A DNA stretch of 64,000 nucleotides, from NCBI GenBank assembly GCA_050950825.1, contig JBMNIH010000001.1:55073-119072 (forward strand), given 5' to 3'. A model generated the notes under the pieces. It saw only the letters and a list, made by a program, of their open reading frames with translations. It was not told where the DNA came from and did no database searches. Shown one piece after another: positions 35,568-44,959 of this stretch. A program made the position numbers and the translations under genes. This DNA comes from Clostridia bacterium. Lineage in GTDB: Bacteria > Bacillota > Clostridia > JAAYHZ01. How positions within the stretch are numbered: the stretch's first letter is position 1; each line of letters begins with the position of its first letter.

Positions 35568-36248
35568 TTATCGGATCGGTACCGTTTTGCCGTTTTCGTT
35601 TTTGTACAGCCCCGTTCTTTCTAAAGACAACAAATCGAATCGATAGTCGGTATACATACAAACGGCTCTCCATAGCAGTATGGGATTTAAATTGTTAACG
35701 CTTCCCGCACTGCACATAACATCCAAAACGGTCGTTTCTCCTTCTCGGCTGACGCGATACCATTGGAGCATGTCCTTAATATTTATCATTTTCAAGCTTT
35801 TCTTTGTTTCTTTTTCGATGTAGATGCCCTCTTGGTCCAAAATGCTTTTCATCTCGTTTGTAAAAACGTCCGCATCGCAATCCAAAGGTCTCATCACATA
35901 CCGGTAGCTTGCGTTTGTAACTTGACTCATAAGACTTTTTTTATCTTCCGTGACAACCGCCTCGTATACAATCAGCCCTTCCGGCAAGGCTTTGTTCAAA
36001 CGTTGAACAAGCTCGTCGCAGGAGAACGGCTCTTCGATAACCGCATCCATAAAGCAGACATCGGATACGACCCCTACGGGAAGAGGCAGGTCGAATGACA
36101 ATTTCGGATGAGGATTAAATCCTTCCGTGTGCTCCAACGGAATGCCGGCTCTCCGAAAGCTTCTTTCCATACAACGCATTAAATCCAGGTGGGAAACAAA
36201 TTGGGTTTGTCCTTTTTTCCCGAACCGAAATCGGACGGTTTTACTCAT
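35568..36248 (-). CDS. Radical SAM-linked protein (TIGR03936/DUF2344-like)
   Basis: SHLDLMR..ERSFRRAGIP...GFNPHPK motif; overlaps the upstream radical SAM gene. Confidence 0.88.
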   Translation of the reverse strand: MSKTVRFRFGKKGQTQFVSHLDLMRCMERSFRRAGIPLEHTEGFNPHPKLSFDLPLPVGVVSDVCFMDAVIEEPFSCDELVQRLNKALPEGLIVYEAVVTEDKKSLMSQVTNASYRYVMRPLDCDADVFTNEMKSILDQEGIYIEKETKKSLKMINIKDMLQWYRVSREGETTVLDVMCSAGSVNNLNPILLWRAVCMYTDYRFDLLSLERTGLYKNENGKTVPIR

Positions 36249-38082
36249 AGCAGACACCTCCCCCGAAGGAAACGGCGCCGCATCCGGTACAAAGAGTTCT
36301 GCAATCCGGTGTGGTTTCTCCCGCCTTGGCTTTTTCATATTCGCGCCATAAATACTTGCGAGAAACCCCTATGTCTATATGATCCCAAGGCAGGATCTCC
36401 TCTTTTCCTCTTTCGCGCATACTGAAAAATGCAGGATCTATACCGCATTCTTTAAAGGCCTTGACCCATTTTTCGTAATTGAAATGCTCATTCCAAGAAT
36501 CGAATTTGCATCCGCTTTCCCATGCTTTGTAAATGGCTTTGGCTATGGATCGGTCGCCCCTCGCCATAACGGCTTCCAATACACTCATATCCCCGTGATG
36601 CCAATTGTAGCGAACCTTTTTGTTTTTCTTAAGGAGCTTTTCCAAATGCTGCTGCCTTTTTACATACTCCTCTTTCTCGATTTGCGGTACCCATTGGAAA
36701 GGAGTAAAAGGCTTCGGTACAAAATACGACGTACTTACCGTAATGCTTAACCTTCCGTACAGCTTTTTGTTTTCCGACTCTTTATATATATCGGTAATTT
36801 TCTCCGTCAATTGAGCGATACCTTCCACGTCTTCGAGAGTCTCTCCGGGAAGACCCAGCATAAAATACAGCTTGATCGTCGTATAACCGCCGGATTGGGC
36901 GATCTTTACGGCATTTAAAATGTCCTCTTCCGAAATGTTTTTGTTGATGACATCCCTCAATCGTTGAGTTCCGGCCTCCGGTGCGAAGGTAAGTCCGCTT
37001 TTTCTCACCTTTTGCGTCTTCTCCATTAAATCCAGAGAAAAAGAATCCACCCTTAAAGAAGGTAGCGACAGATTGACTTTTCTTTTTTCCGTTTCCTCCG
37101 TCAGTTTTTCCGTAAATTCGGCAAGCTGCGTATAATCGCTGGTACTCAAGGAGGTTAAAGCCACTTCCGAGTGTCCCGTACAGTCTAGCAAATCGAGGGC
37201 TTGTTTTATCAAGGTATCGGCCTTTTTCTCTCGAACGGGACGATACACAAAACCGGCTTGGCAAAAACGGCAGCCTCGGATGCAGCCTCGAAACAGCTCT
37301 AATACCACGCGATCGTGAACGGGCTCTATGAAGGGTACAATGTCATTGGTAAGGTATTCTGCAGCGTCAAAATCTTTTACGATTCTTTTTCGAATAACGT
37401 CGGGAGCAAAATCCTCCTTCACCCGTTTGCTTATGGTGCCGTCCGAATTGTATTCGAAATCATAAAAGCAAGGCACATAAACGCCTTGTATGGAAGAAAT
37501 CGACTTTAGAAAATCTTTTCTTTTCCCTTTTTGATTCTTCCACCGGGTATAGGCATCCATGATCTCCAAAATGACTTCTTCTCCTTCTCCCAAAACGAAA
37601 AAGTCGAAAAAATCGGCGACAGGCTCGGGGTTATAGGTACAAGAGCCTCCGGCCAAAACAAAGGGGTGCTCTTCCGTTCTGTCTTTTGAGAAAAGAGGTA
37701 CTTTTCCTAAATCCAGCATATTCAGAACGTTGGTATAGCACATTTCGTATTGAAGGGTAAAACCTAAAAAGTCGAATTCGGTAAGAGGGTCCTTTGACTC
37801 GAGTCCATACAAGGGTATGCCTTCGGCTCGCATGACCTCTTCCATATCGACTTTAGGCGCAAAAACACGCTCACACCAGATATCTTCTTGACGATTTAAT
37901 ACATGGTACAATATTTTCATTCCCAAATGGGACATTCCGATTTCATAAGTATCCGGGAAACAAAATGCAAATCGAATATTGACTTTATCTTTGTCTTTTA
38001 CAACGCTGTTGTATTCGCCGCCGATATAGGCGGCAGGCTTTTCAACCTTCTGAAGCAGTTGGTTGCTTATATTTACAGGCAT
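36241..38082 (-). CDS. TIGR03960-like B12-binding radical SAM protein
   Basis: FPDTYEIGMSHLG, RGCIRGCRFC, FAPEAGTQRLR, C-terminal DCR..CTGCG. Confidence 0.9.
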   Translation of the reverse strand: MPVNISNQLLQKVEKPAAYIGGEYNSVVKDKDKVNIRFAFCFPDTYEIGMSHLGMKILYHVLNRQEDIWCERVFAPKVDMEEVMRAEGIPLYGLESKDPLTEFDFLGFTLQYEMCYTNVLNMLDLGKVPLFSKDRTEEHPFVLAGGSCTYNPEPVADFFDFFVLGEGEEVILEIMDAYTRWKNQKGKRKDFLKSISSIQGVYVPCFYDFEYNSDGTISKRVKEDFAPDVIRKRIVKDFDAAEYLTNDIVPFIEPVHDRVVLELFRGCIRGCRFCQAGFVYRPVREKKADTLIKQALDLLDCTGHSEVALTSLSTSDYTQLAEFTEKLTEETEKRKVNLSLPSLRVDSFSLDLMEKTQKVRKSGLTFAPEAGTQRLRDVINKNISEEDILNAVKIAQSGGYTTIKLYFMLGLPGETLEDVEGIAQLTEKITDIYKESENKKLYGRLSITVSTSYFVPKPFTPFQWVPQIEKEEYVKRQQHLEKLLKKNKKVRYNWHHGDMSVLEAVMARGDRSIAKAIYKAWESGCKFDSWNEHFNYEKWVKAFKECGIDPAFFSMRERGKEEILPWDHIDIGVSRKYLWREYEKAKAGETTPDCRTLCTGCGAVSFGGGVCYE

Positions 38083-38151
38083 TCAATAATCCTCCGGAGC
38101 AATTTGATAGTATCATTATTTTATTGTACCACATATTACCGCAGATATTTA

Positions 38152-38913
38152 CTAGTTTTCAAACCGACTTAAGAATGCTTTTGTTCTGCCGTTTTGAGGA
38201 TTATTGATTACTTGATCCGGACATCCTTGCTCTACGATGACACCGCCGTCCATAAATATGACATGGTTGGATACGTCGCGCGCAAAGCTCATTTCGTGGG
38301 TAACAATCACCATGGTCATATGTTCGGCGGCCAAATCCTTGATTACTCTTAAGATTTCCCCCGTCAACTCCGGGTCCAAAGCGGAAGTAGGTTCGTCAAA
38401 AAATAACACCTTTGGATTTAAAGCCAATGCTCTTGCTATGGATACTCTCTGCTGCTGACCTCCCGACAATTGGTACGGATAGGCATTTTCTTTATCCAAA
38501 AGGCCCATTTTCCTTAAAAAATTTCGGCCTATTTCATAAGCTTCTTCCTTGCTTTTCTTTTGAACCGTAATTAAAGCATCCGTCACATTGCGAATAACGG
38601 AAAAGTGAGGAAAAAGGTTAAAGTTCTGAAATACCAGCCCGAAATACCGCTGTATTCTTTTTAAATCTTGGGGCGGTGCATAGACGGCACATCCGTTTTC
38701 ATCGGTTTTTACCGCATGCTCCCCCACATAAACTAATTCTCCCGAATCGATGGTTTCAAGCAAAGTAGCACAACGCAAAAGAGTGGACTTTCCCGATCCG
38801 GAAGGTCCGATAATGGACAACACTTCGCCTTGGTCCACCGACAAAGATATATCCTTTATGACATTTAAATCGCCGAAGCTTTTTTTCAAATTTTTTATTT
38901 CAAGTAGCTTCAT
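38152..38913 (-). CDS. Polar amino acid ABC transporter ATP-binding protein
   Basis: GPSGSGKS, LSGGQQQR, FDEPTSALD, VTHEM. Confidence 0.93.
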   Translation of the reverse strand: MKLLEIKNLKKSFGDLNVIKDISLSVDQGEVLSIIGPSGSGKSTLLRCATLLETIDSGELVYVGEHAVKTDENGCAVYAPPQDLKRIQRYFGLVFQNFNLFPHFSVIRNVTDALITVQKKSKEEAYEIGRNFLRKMGLLDKENAYPYQLSGGQQQRVSIARALALNPKVLFFDEPTSALDPELTGEILRVIKDLAAEHMTMVIVTHEMSFARDVSNHVIFMDGGVIVEQGCPDQVINNPQNGRTKAFLSRFEN

Positions 38914-38934
38914 ATTCTCTCTCCGTTCCATGAT

Positions 38935-39585
38935 TTATTGAAAATAGCTGAGTTTTTTCTCGAACCATTCCATCGTCGATGCAACAATGAAGTTGAACAC
39001 GTAATAGAAGATACCGGCAACGATATAGGGTACCATGGACGTTTGGGCGGAAGCAAAGGCTTTGGCCATCGTAAACATTTCCATAACGGAAATGACAAAT
39101 GCCAATGACGTGTCTTTAATAAGAGTGATGACCTCGTTGGTGACGGAAGGCAGTATTCTTTTTATCACTTGAGGGAAAACGATTCTTACAAATGTCTGGG
39201 ATTTGCTGTACCCTAACACTTTTGCCGCTTCATATTGCCCCACCGAAATGGATTCGATGCCACCTCGATAAATCTCTGCAAAATATGCAGCGTAATTCAG
39301 AACGAATCCGATAATAACCGCTTGAAAACGATACGCATAGGATAGAGGAATCTTGAAAATGTAAAATGGTCCAAAGTATACGACCATTAACTGCAGTATC
39401 AAAGGCGTTCCTCTCATAATGGAGATATAGATACGAAAGATATTTCGAATAATCAAATTTTTAGACATCCGTCCGAAGGCGACGAATAGTCCCAAAGGTA
39501 AAGAGAATACTAAGGTCAGTGTAAAAATCTCCACTGACGTTAGCATTCCCTTTGACAACTCCGTTATTAAACCGGTTAAAGACAA
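38935..39585 (-). CDS. Polar amino acid ABC transporter permease
   Basis: RGTPL, AAYFAEIYRGG, GQYEAA, LIKDTSL. Confidence 0.93.
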   Translation of the reverse strand: MSLTGLITELSKGMLTSVEIFTLTLVFSLPLGLFVAFGRMSKNLIIRNIFRIYISIMRGTPLILQLMVVYFGPFYIFKIPLSYAYRFQAVIIGFVLNYAAYFAEIYRGGIESISVGQYEAAKVLGYSKSQTFVRIVFPQVIKRILPSVTNEVITLIKDTSLAFVISVMEMFTMAKAFASAQTSMVPYIVAGIFYYVFNFIVASTMEWFEKKLSYFQ

Positions 39586-39649
39586 TGATATAAACCCCCT
39601 TGTTTTTTCCCCTAGTTACGATGCGTCAACGAATCGACGTACTCATCGT

Positions 39650-39674
39650 AAAAAAGAGCCGGTATAGCCGGCTC
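39650..39674 (-). terminator. Hairpin/terminator between SBP and permease genes
   Basis: GAGCCGG-loop-CCGGCTC followed by a T run on the minus strand. Confidence 0.6.
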
Positions 39675-40452
39675 AGTTTTCCTTACCGATTATCGTTACG
39701 TCTTTTCCGAACCATTTCTTGGAAATCTTCTCCATTGTGCCGTCTTTCGCCATGGCCTCCAGCTGCTTTTGCACTTGATCTCTCAGCTCGGTGTTGCCTT
39801 TTAAGAAACCGACACCGTATACTTCTTCCGATAAAACTTCATCCAATATGACAAAGTCGGCCTTTCTCTGTTCAATTTGGTAGTTGGCAACGATTACGTC
39901 CATAACGATAGCGTCTACCGCGCCGGATTCCAGATCCATAAACGCCGTGTTGTAATCCGCTGTTTTTATGTAAGATTTAAAGCTCTTCACCAGATCCGGT
40001 TCGTCTGCCAAAGCCGCCTCTGCACTGGATTCAATTTGCACGGTAACGACTTTACCTGCCAAGTCGCTTAACGTTTTGATACCGGAGTTCTTTCGTACTA
40101 CGAAAACCTGGGCGTTCTTCATATACGGTTCCGTCCATGTATACAGGTCTTCACGTTTATTCATGGTAAATCCGTTCCAAACGCAATCAATGTTTCCGGA
40201 TGCCAATTCCATGTCTTTTGCATCCCAAGCGATAGGCTGCAATACCAACTTCTTATTCAAGCGTTTAGCCACTTCCGCAGCCAACTCCAAGTCAAAGCCT
40301 GTAAATTCGCCCTTTTCATCCACAAAGCCCATAGGCGGGAAGTTTTGGTCAAAGCCGACGATAAATGTATCTTCACTATCTTCTTTTTTACAAGCTGCCA
40401 ATACGGTTATTAATAAAGTGATTACCAGTATGGACGTTAAAACTCTTTTCAT
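39673..40452 (-). CDS. Amino acid ABC transporter substrate-binding lipoprotein
   Basis: Lipobox LAAC; GFDQNFPPMGF, GFDLEL, SBP family 3 fold. Confidence 0.92.
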   Translation of the reverse strand: MKRVLTSILVITLLITVLAACKKEDSEDTFIVGFDQNFPPMGFVDEKGEFTGFDLELAAEVAKRLNKKLVLQPIAWDAKDMELASGNIDCVWNGFTMNKREDLYTWTEPYMKNAQVFVVRKNSGIKTLSDLAGKVVTVQIESSAEAALADEPDLVKSFKSYIKTADYNTAFMDLESGAVDAIVMDVIVANYQIEQRKADFVILDEVLSEEVYGVGFLKGNTELRDQVQKQLEAMAKDGTMEKISKKWFGKDVTIIGKEN

Positions 40453-40573
40453 AAATTACACGCATCCTTTCCATTAATCGAACTAGCACTTTGATATGTT
40501 ACCACATCAGCATGATAAAGTAAAGTAGTAAAATGAAGCCCGGAGAAAAAATTAGAAAATGATAAAAAGGTAC

Positions 40574-40602
40574 TTGATAAATATGAACGGATAGATTATA
40601 AT
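40574..40602 (+). promoter_or_regulatory. sigma-A promoter of tRNA-Pro
   Basis: TTGATA-17 nt-TATAAT. Confidence 0.7.
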
Positions 40603-40640
40603 ACAGCATGTGCCTTGAGTACTAGGTACAGCTCGGTTTA

Positions 40641-40717
40641 CGGGGTGTGGCTCAGCTTGGTAGAGCGCTTGGTTCGGGACCAAGAGGCCGGAGGTTCAAA
40701 TCCTCTCACTCCGACCA
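40641..40717 (+). tRNA. tRNA-Pro(CGG), integration target
   Basis: CGGGGTGTGGCTCAGCTTGGTAGAGCGCTTGGTTCGGGACCAAGAGGCCGGAGGTTCAAATCCTCTCACTCCGACCA. Confidence 0.97.
40673..40717 (+). repeat. attL core (45 bp, 3' part of tRNA-Pro)
   Basis: TTCGGGACCAAGAGGCCGGAGGTTCAAATCCTCTCACTCCGACCA, identical to 48991-49035. Confidence 0.95.
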
Positions 40718-40847
40718 AATAAATAAGCGGGTTTCAGGGTTTTGAGAATTTCAAAATTACTCGAAAAAATGCCCGTTTACACACTTTTTACACACATTGA
40801 AATACCGGGAAGCTTTTTGCCTCCCGGTCAAGATTTTTACATTAGTT

Positions 40848-42029
40848 TTAATTCTCTACTAGGGAAGCCAGCAGGTTGCCAACCTTGTCAGCGGCTTCCC
40901 TTTTCATTTTGGCCGTAACACTTGAGTAAACGTCCATCGTGAAAGCGGAGAAATGGTGCCCTAGGGTCTCCTGTATCGTCTTTACGTCAACGCCTTGCTC
41001 TAAGGCCAGGGTTGCAAATGTATGTCTTAGGCCGTGAAAGGTAACATTAAGGCCAGCCTTCTTAATTAGCCGTTCAAATACCCTGGTAAAGGCCCTGGGG
41101 CAGATCGGTTCTCCCAGCTCGTTTGCAAATACCAGGTCCAGGCCCTTTTCATCATAAGCACCGCCGGCCATAAGCCGGTATTCAGCCTGCTTCTTTTTAT
41201 GCTCCTTCAGCACCTGCACCACCGCCGGGGCAAGGTTGATCACCCTGTTAGATAACTTTGTTTTTGGTTCCTGAAATACCAGCCCTTGGCCGCTCACCCT
41301 TACCAATCCCTGGTTAACGGTAAGCTGGCCTGCCTCAAAGTCTATGTCTTTCCACCGCAAGCCAAGCAGTTCGCCTCTTCTCATGCCTGTGTTTAAAGCC
41401 AGGAAGAAGGCTACAAAGTATTTTGAATCTTTTGCCGCAGCCAAGAACTTAGCCACCCCTTCAGTGTCCAGGTATTTTATTTCTTTCTGCTCTCGTTTTG
41501 GCAACTTCACCGCATCAGCAGGGTTAATCGTTACCATCCCTTCTTTTTTGGCTTGCTCCAATGCTGAATGAATGACGGTATGAATGTAACGAACGCTTTT
41601 AGGGCTTAAGCCGCCATCCTTGCCGTCAAGCCTGCCGCCATGCAGTTTCTCGTTGTAAAGCCGCTGAATATGTGCCGTCTGCAGCTGTGCTAACTTCAAA
41701 TGTCCCAGGGCCGGTATTATATGCCCATTTACCTGGTATTTGTAGCTCTCCCACGTAGTGGGCCGCAGAGAAGGTTTCATATAATCGTTAAGCCAGGTAG
41801 TAAACCATTCAGCAACGGTCAGTTTTGACGGTTCCCGGTAGGTCCCGGCCTGCACCTTCAGGGCCACCTCATTGATTTTTTCTTGCACCTCTTTACGGGT
41901 CCTGCCGTAAAAGTATTTCCGCTTCGGCCTGCCGGTTTCCAGGTCGTAACCTATCAAGACGCTACCCTGCCATTTGCCGTCTTTTCGCTTGGTAATGCTC
42001 CCTTCGCCGTTTCCTCTTCTCTTTGCCAT
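40848..42029 (-). CDS. int: Tyrosine integrase
   Basis: MAKRRGNGEGSI arm domain; TGMRRGE, HGLRH, LGH, Tyr (MDVY) catalytic set intact. Confidence 0.95.
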   Translation of the reverse strand: MAKRRGNGEGSITKRKDGKWQGSVLIGYDLETGRPKRKYFYGRTRKEVQEKINEVALKVQAGTYREPSKLTVAEWFTTWLNDYMKPSLRPTTWESYKYQVNGHIIPALGHLKLAQLQTAHIQRLYNEKLHGGRLDGKDGGLSPKSVRYIHTVIHSALEQAKKEGMVTINPADAVKLPKREQKEIKYLDTEGVAKFLAAAKDSKYFVAFFLALNTGMRRGELLGLRWKDIDFEAGQLTVNQGLVRVSGQGLVFQEPKTKLSNRVINLAPAVVQVLKEHKKKQAEYRLMAGGAYDEKGLDLVFANELGEPICPRAFTRVFERLIKKAGLNVTFHGLRHTFATLALEQGVDVKTIQETLGHHFSAFTMDVYSSVTAKMKREAADKVGNLLASLVEN

Positions 42030-42143
42030 AATAGGATTACCTCCTTTCTGTCTCTTGTTATCTTTAATTATCCTTACTTATCTTTAGTTTAACATATTCT
42101 TATATATAGTCAACATTAGCGTAAAGTAAGTTTCGGATAATAA

Positions 42144-42689
42144 TCAATGGAGGAATATAACAAATAGAAAGAGGACCCCGATTGTGATATGATTAAATTT
42201 CCAAAACAAAAAATCACTGACGTTGATTTTTACCTTAAAATTAAGCATTTCATCAACCAATACCTTGGCAAGTTTAAGGTCGCTTGCCACTTTCAACCTG
42301 CCGGATTGAAGCAATACCTGCAGGGTCGTTACCAAGTCCCGCTTTGGTACGTGGTAGCCTCCATCACCGACAGTAACCACGTTTCCCCCGGTTATCGTTA
42401 TCGCTACTGGCCGCAGGCCGGCTTTACGAAACAGGTCCACCACGGGCCGGCCAACACCGGTAGCATCTACTACCAAGGCCGCCTGGTTTAATAGCTTGTT
42501 AGACTGCACCAAATCCTGGACTTTCTCAACAATGGCCGGGTAGGGGGTTCCCAGTTTTGGCCGCTCTAAGTGTCTAATGTGATATTGCTCTCTGGGCAAA
42601 CTATAGTTAAAATGTTTACGCTCAATAATTGTTAAGGCTGTATAGTCCTGCGCCTGTCCCAAGTCAAGGCCGATATAGAAGTTATACAC
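42144..42689 (-). CDS. Terminase large subunit RNase H-like nuclease domain as a separate gene, apparently C-terminally truncated
   Basis: GTG start with GGAGG RBS overlapping the upstream stop; IGLDLGQAQDYTA and VVDATGVG acidic motifs; no C-terminal HDD-type motif after FKVKINV. Confidence 0.75.
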   Translation of the reverse strand: MYNFYIGLDLGQAQDYTALTIIERKHFNYSLPREQYHIRHLERPKLGTPYPAIVEKVQDLVQSNKLLNQAALVVDATGVGRPVVDLFRKAGLRPVAITITGGNVVTVGDGGYHVPKRDLVTTLQVLLQSGRLKVASDLKLAKVLVDEMLNFKVKINVSDFLFWKFNHITIGVLFLFVIFLH

Positions 42690-43455
42690 CTTCAACACCT
42701 CCAAACAAAGGTTCAACTTCCTCTGTTATTGCCGCCATCACCTGGTCATAACTAAAAACCTGGTCCACCGTTTCCACGAATTCACATAGGTATTCCTGCT
42801 TAAACCACCATTCGCCAAGGGCCTGTCGCTCTTCCTCCAGGAATTCCGGGCTTATCCTGGGGCAGTCATGGGCCGTTATCATTATCCGCTCCCATGTGTC
42901 GCCGCCTTCCGTCCACTCCTTGAAGAAATGGCCGCGCTTGCCGAATGGAGTAGACATTAAGATCAGCCTGCCGCCGGATACTGCCAACATGGGCCTCACG
43001 GCAAAGTAAAGGTCGTCCGGCACCCTGGCCGCTTCATCTTCAATAATTAAGTTTGCGCCGCTAAAGCCTCTTATGGTTCCTTCGCTACCGGGTAGGGAGA
43101 CTATCCGGCTTTTGTTTTTCATGGTAAAGGACAGCTTGTTATCCTCTATAAGGTCAGGCTGCTGCTCTGCCGGTAATGCCTTTAAAAACTCCTTCACCTT
43201 GCGAAATAACTCTGAAGATTGCCGAAGAGAAGGGCTAACCAGAAGCACCAGGGAAGAAGGGTAAAATATTGCTCTGTGCAGGGCCAGAATTGCCGCCGTG
43301 GTAGACTTGCCACTTTGCCGGCTGCAGTTTAAAAGTAACCGCTTACCACTCCAGCGCAAGGCCTGCTCCTGCCAGGGGTCAGGGGTAAAGCTTAATGCTT
43401 CCCTGGCAAACAGCACCGGGTCCAGCGCTTGTGATAAGTCACTGGCCAACAACAT
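42682..43455 (-). CDS. Terminase large subunit ATPase domain
   Basis: PWQ adenine motif, SRQSGKST Walker A, LIIEDEAA Walker B, MSTP coupling motif, QEYLCEF. Confidence 0.88.
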   Translation of the reverse strand: MLLASDLSQALDPVLFAREALSFTPDPWQEQALRWSGKRLLLNCSRQSGKSTTAAILALHRAIFYPSSLVLLVSPSLRQSSELFRKVKEFLKALPAEQQPDLIEDNKLSFTMKNKSRIVSLPGSEGTIRGFSGANLIIEDEAARVPDDLYFAVRPMLAVSGGRLILMSTPFGKRGHFFKEWTEGGDTWERIMITAHDCPRISPEFLEEERQALGEWWFKQEYLCEFVETVDQVFSYDQVMAAITEEVEPLFGGVEGV

Positions 43456-43933
43456 TGCTTTCCACCTCCCGTAAAGCCCGGGCAACGGCTTGTCGGGCCT
43501 CCGGGTATCTGTCCAGGGCCTCAAGAATTACCGTCCGCAAGGATAGCCATTGGGGATTAATCAGGATATTAACTGTAGCTTGTTCCTGTAGTTCTCCCTG
43601 CAGCCGGGCAAGCAGTTCAAGGCATCCTTTGGCCTCCCTTACTCCCTGCAGGGCCGTCCGCAGGTCGCCGGCCTGCTCTGCTTTGTCAAGGATAGAAAGG
43701 GCCTTGTCCCGTAGTTCGGTTACCTGGTCAAGCAGGCTGTCAGCTTTGGCTATTTCCCTGGCTTCCTGGGCCTTTACCAGCTTCGCCGGCAAGTGGCCCT
43801 CTTTATGCCTGTGCAAGCTGGCTGCCGAAACGGAATACTGTTTCGCTATGTTTCGCAACGAAACGCCTTCAAGCAGCAACCGGTTTATTTCTTCAACTTT
43901 TTCATGTTCGCAAACAGTGCATTTTCTGGGCAT
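43439..43933 (-). CDS. Putative terminase small subunit (HTH + coiled coil)
   Basis: MPRKCTVCEH..SLRNIAKQYSVSAASLHRH HTH, helical oligomerisation region; overlaps the TerL ATPase start. Confidence 0.7.
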   Translation of the reverse strand: MPRKCTVCEHEKVEEINRLLLEGVSLRNIAKQYSVSAASLHRHKEGHLPAKLVKAQEAREIAKADSLLDQVTELRDKALSILDKAEQAGDLRTALQGVREAKGCLELLARLQGELQEQATVNILINPQWLSLRTVILEALDRYPEARQAVARALREVESNVVGQ

Positions 43934-44000
43934 TTCATCAACTCCATAAAAAGTAGTTAGTAGGGGGAAGGGCAGCATTCCAACCTTCCCCCTTAGGTCC

Positions 44001-44690
44001 TTACGGAAGCTTGTCCACACATACCGAAGCATAAAAACGCATGGACTTAATTGTCGCGGCAACGCTTTTTTGTTTGTCTGTAAGGAGCTTCAGCAGCCGC
44101 CGGGCTTCTGCTTGCTTCTGGTCCTGTCTATTAATAAGCGCAGCCTCTTTGGTTTTCTCCCATTCGCTAGGAGGAAACCCTCTGCTTTCCATGTAGAGGG
44201 AAGGCCAATCCGAAGCGCCAAGCAGCCAGGCCTTAACTTCATCGCCGGTCTCCAGCGCCTTTTCAAGTTCCTGGCCTAAGCGCATTCTTGCTGCGCTTTT
44301 ATCCATAGTATCAAGCAGCATCTTTAAATCGGCCTTCAGGTTCAGCAGTTCGCCCTGATCAAGTTCCTTAGGCTTTGGCACCGTGAGTATTTCCTGAAGT
44401 CTTTCAACCTCTTTCTGCAGTGCTTCGTTCATCTTCTCAACCTCTGCTGTGTAGGTTTCTACTACCATCTGTTTTACCTCGTCCATTTTACGCCGTCTGT
44501 AGTCGTCCGAAATGTCACCATTGCCCAGTAAAGATATAATCTCATTTTGTGCTTTTCCTAGCGCACCTGTTACCGCTGCAATACCGGCATCCACTGCATT
44601 TCTTAAGGTAGTAGGTACTTGGTCTGCGATCTTGTTCCACTCAACCAACAACGCCGTCCTAACGGTTTCATACTCTTTAATTCCCATCAT
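44001..44690 (-). CDS. Hypothetical all-helical protein of the element
   Basis: ~229 aa, GGAGG RBS, coiled-coil character; no family recognised. Confidence 0.7.
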   Translation of the reverse strand: MMGIKEYETVRTALLVEWNKIADQVPTTLRNAVDAGIAAVTGALGKAQNEIISLLGNGDISDDYRRRKMDEVKQMVVETYTAEVEKMNEALQKEVERLQEILTVPKPKELDQGELLNLKADLKMLLDTMDKSAARMRLGQELEKALETGDEVKAWLLGASDWPSLYMESRGFPPSEWEKTKEAALINRQDQKQAEARRLLKLLTDKQKSVAATIKSMRFYASVCVDKLP

Positions 44691-44762
44691 GTTTATCATC
44701 CTCCGTAAAGTGTGTAAAATTAATGTAACGCCTCGGGAAACGCCTGAATACCTGACATTTTG

Positions 44763-44957
44763 TTATTGCCTCTTGTCTCTTAACAATGTGTCCACCTCCT
44801 TCGTTACCCTGGCCTCATACTGCCGCCGCCGCAATATCGCTTTACCACGCTGCAGGGCCGTCTTTATCACCTCTGGGGGAAGGTTGTGTAATAGCTCCTT
44901 CTCCGTCAAGAACAAGGTCGCCTTTGTTATTTTAATTTCGATAAACTTGTCAACCAT
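44763..44957 (-). CDS. Small hypothetical protein
   Basis: MVDKFIEIKITK..RGKAILRRR; AAGGAG RBS. Confidence 0.6.
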   Translation of the reverse strand: MVDKFIEIKITKATLFLTEKELLHNLPPEVIKTALQRGKAILRRRQYEARVTKEVDTLLRDKRQ

Positions 44958-44959
44958 TA

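Noticed and set aside
40484-40527. Imperfect TAGCAC/TACCAC repeats upstream of the amino acid ABC operon
   Set aside because: Could be an operator, but it is too degenerate to support, and no T-box or riboswitch structure was recognised.
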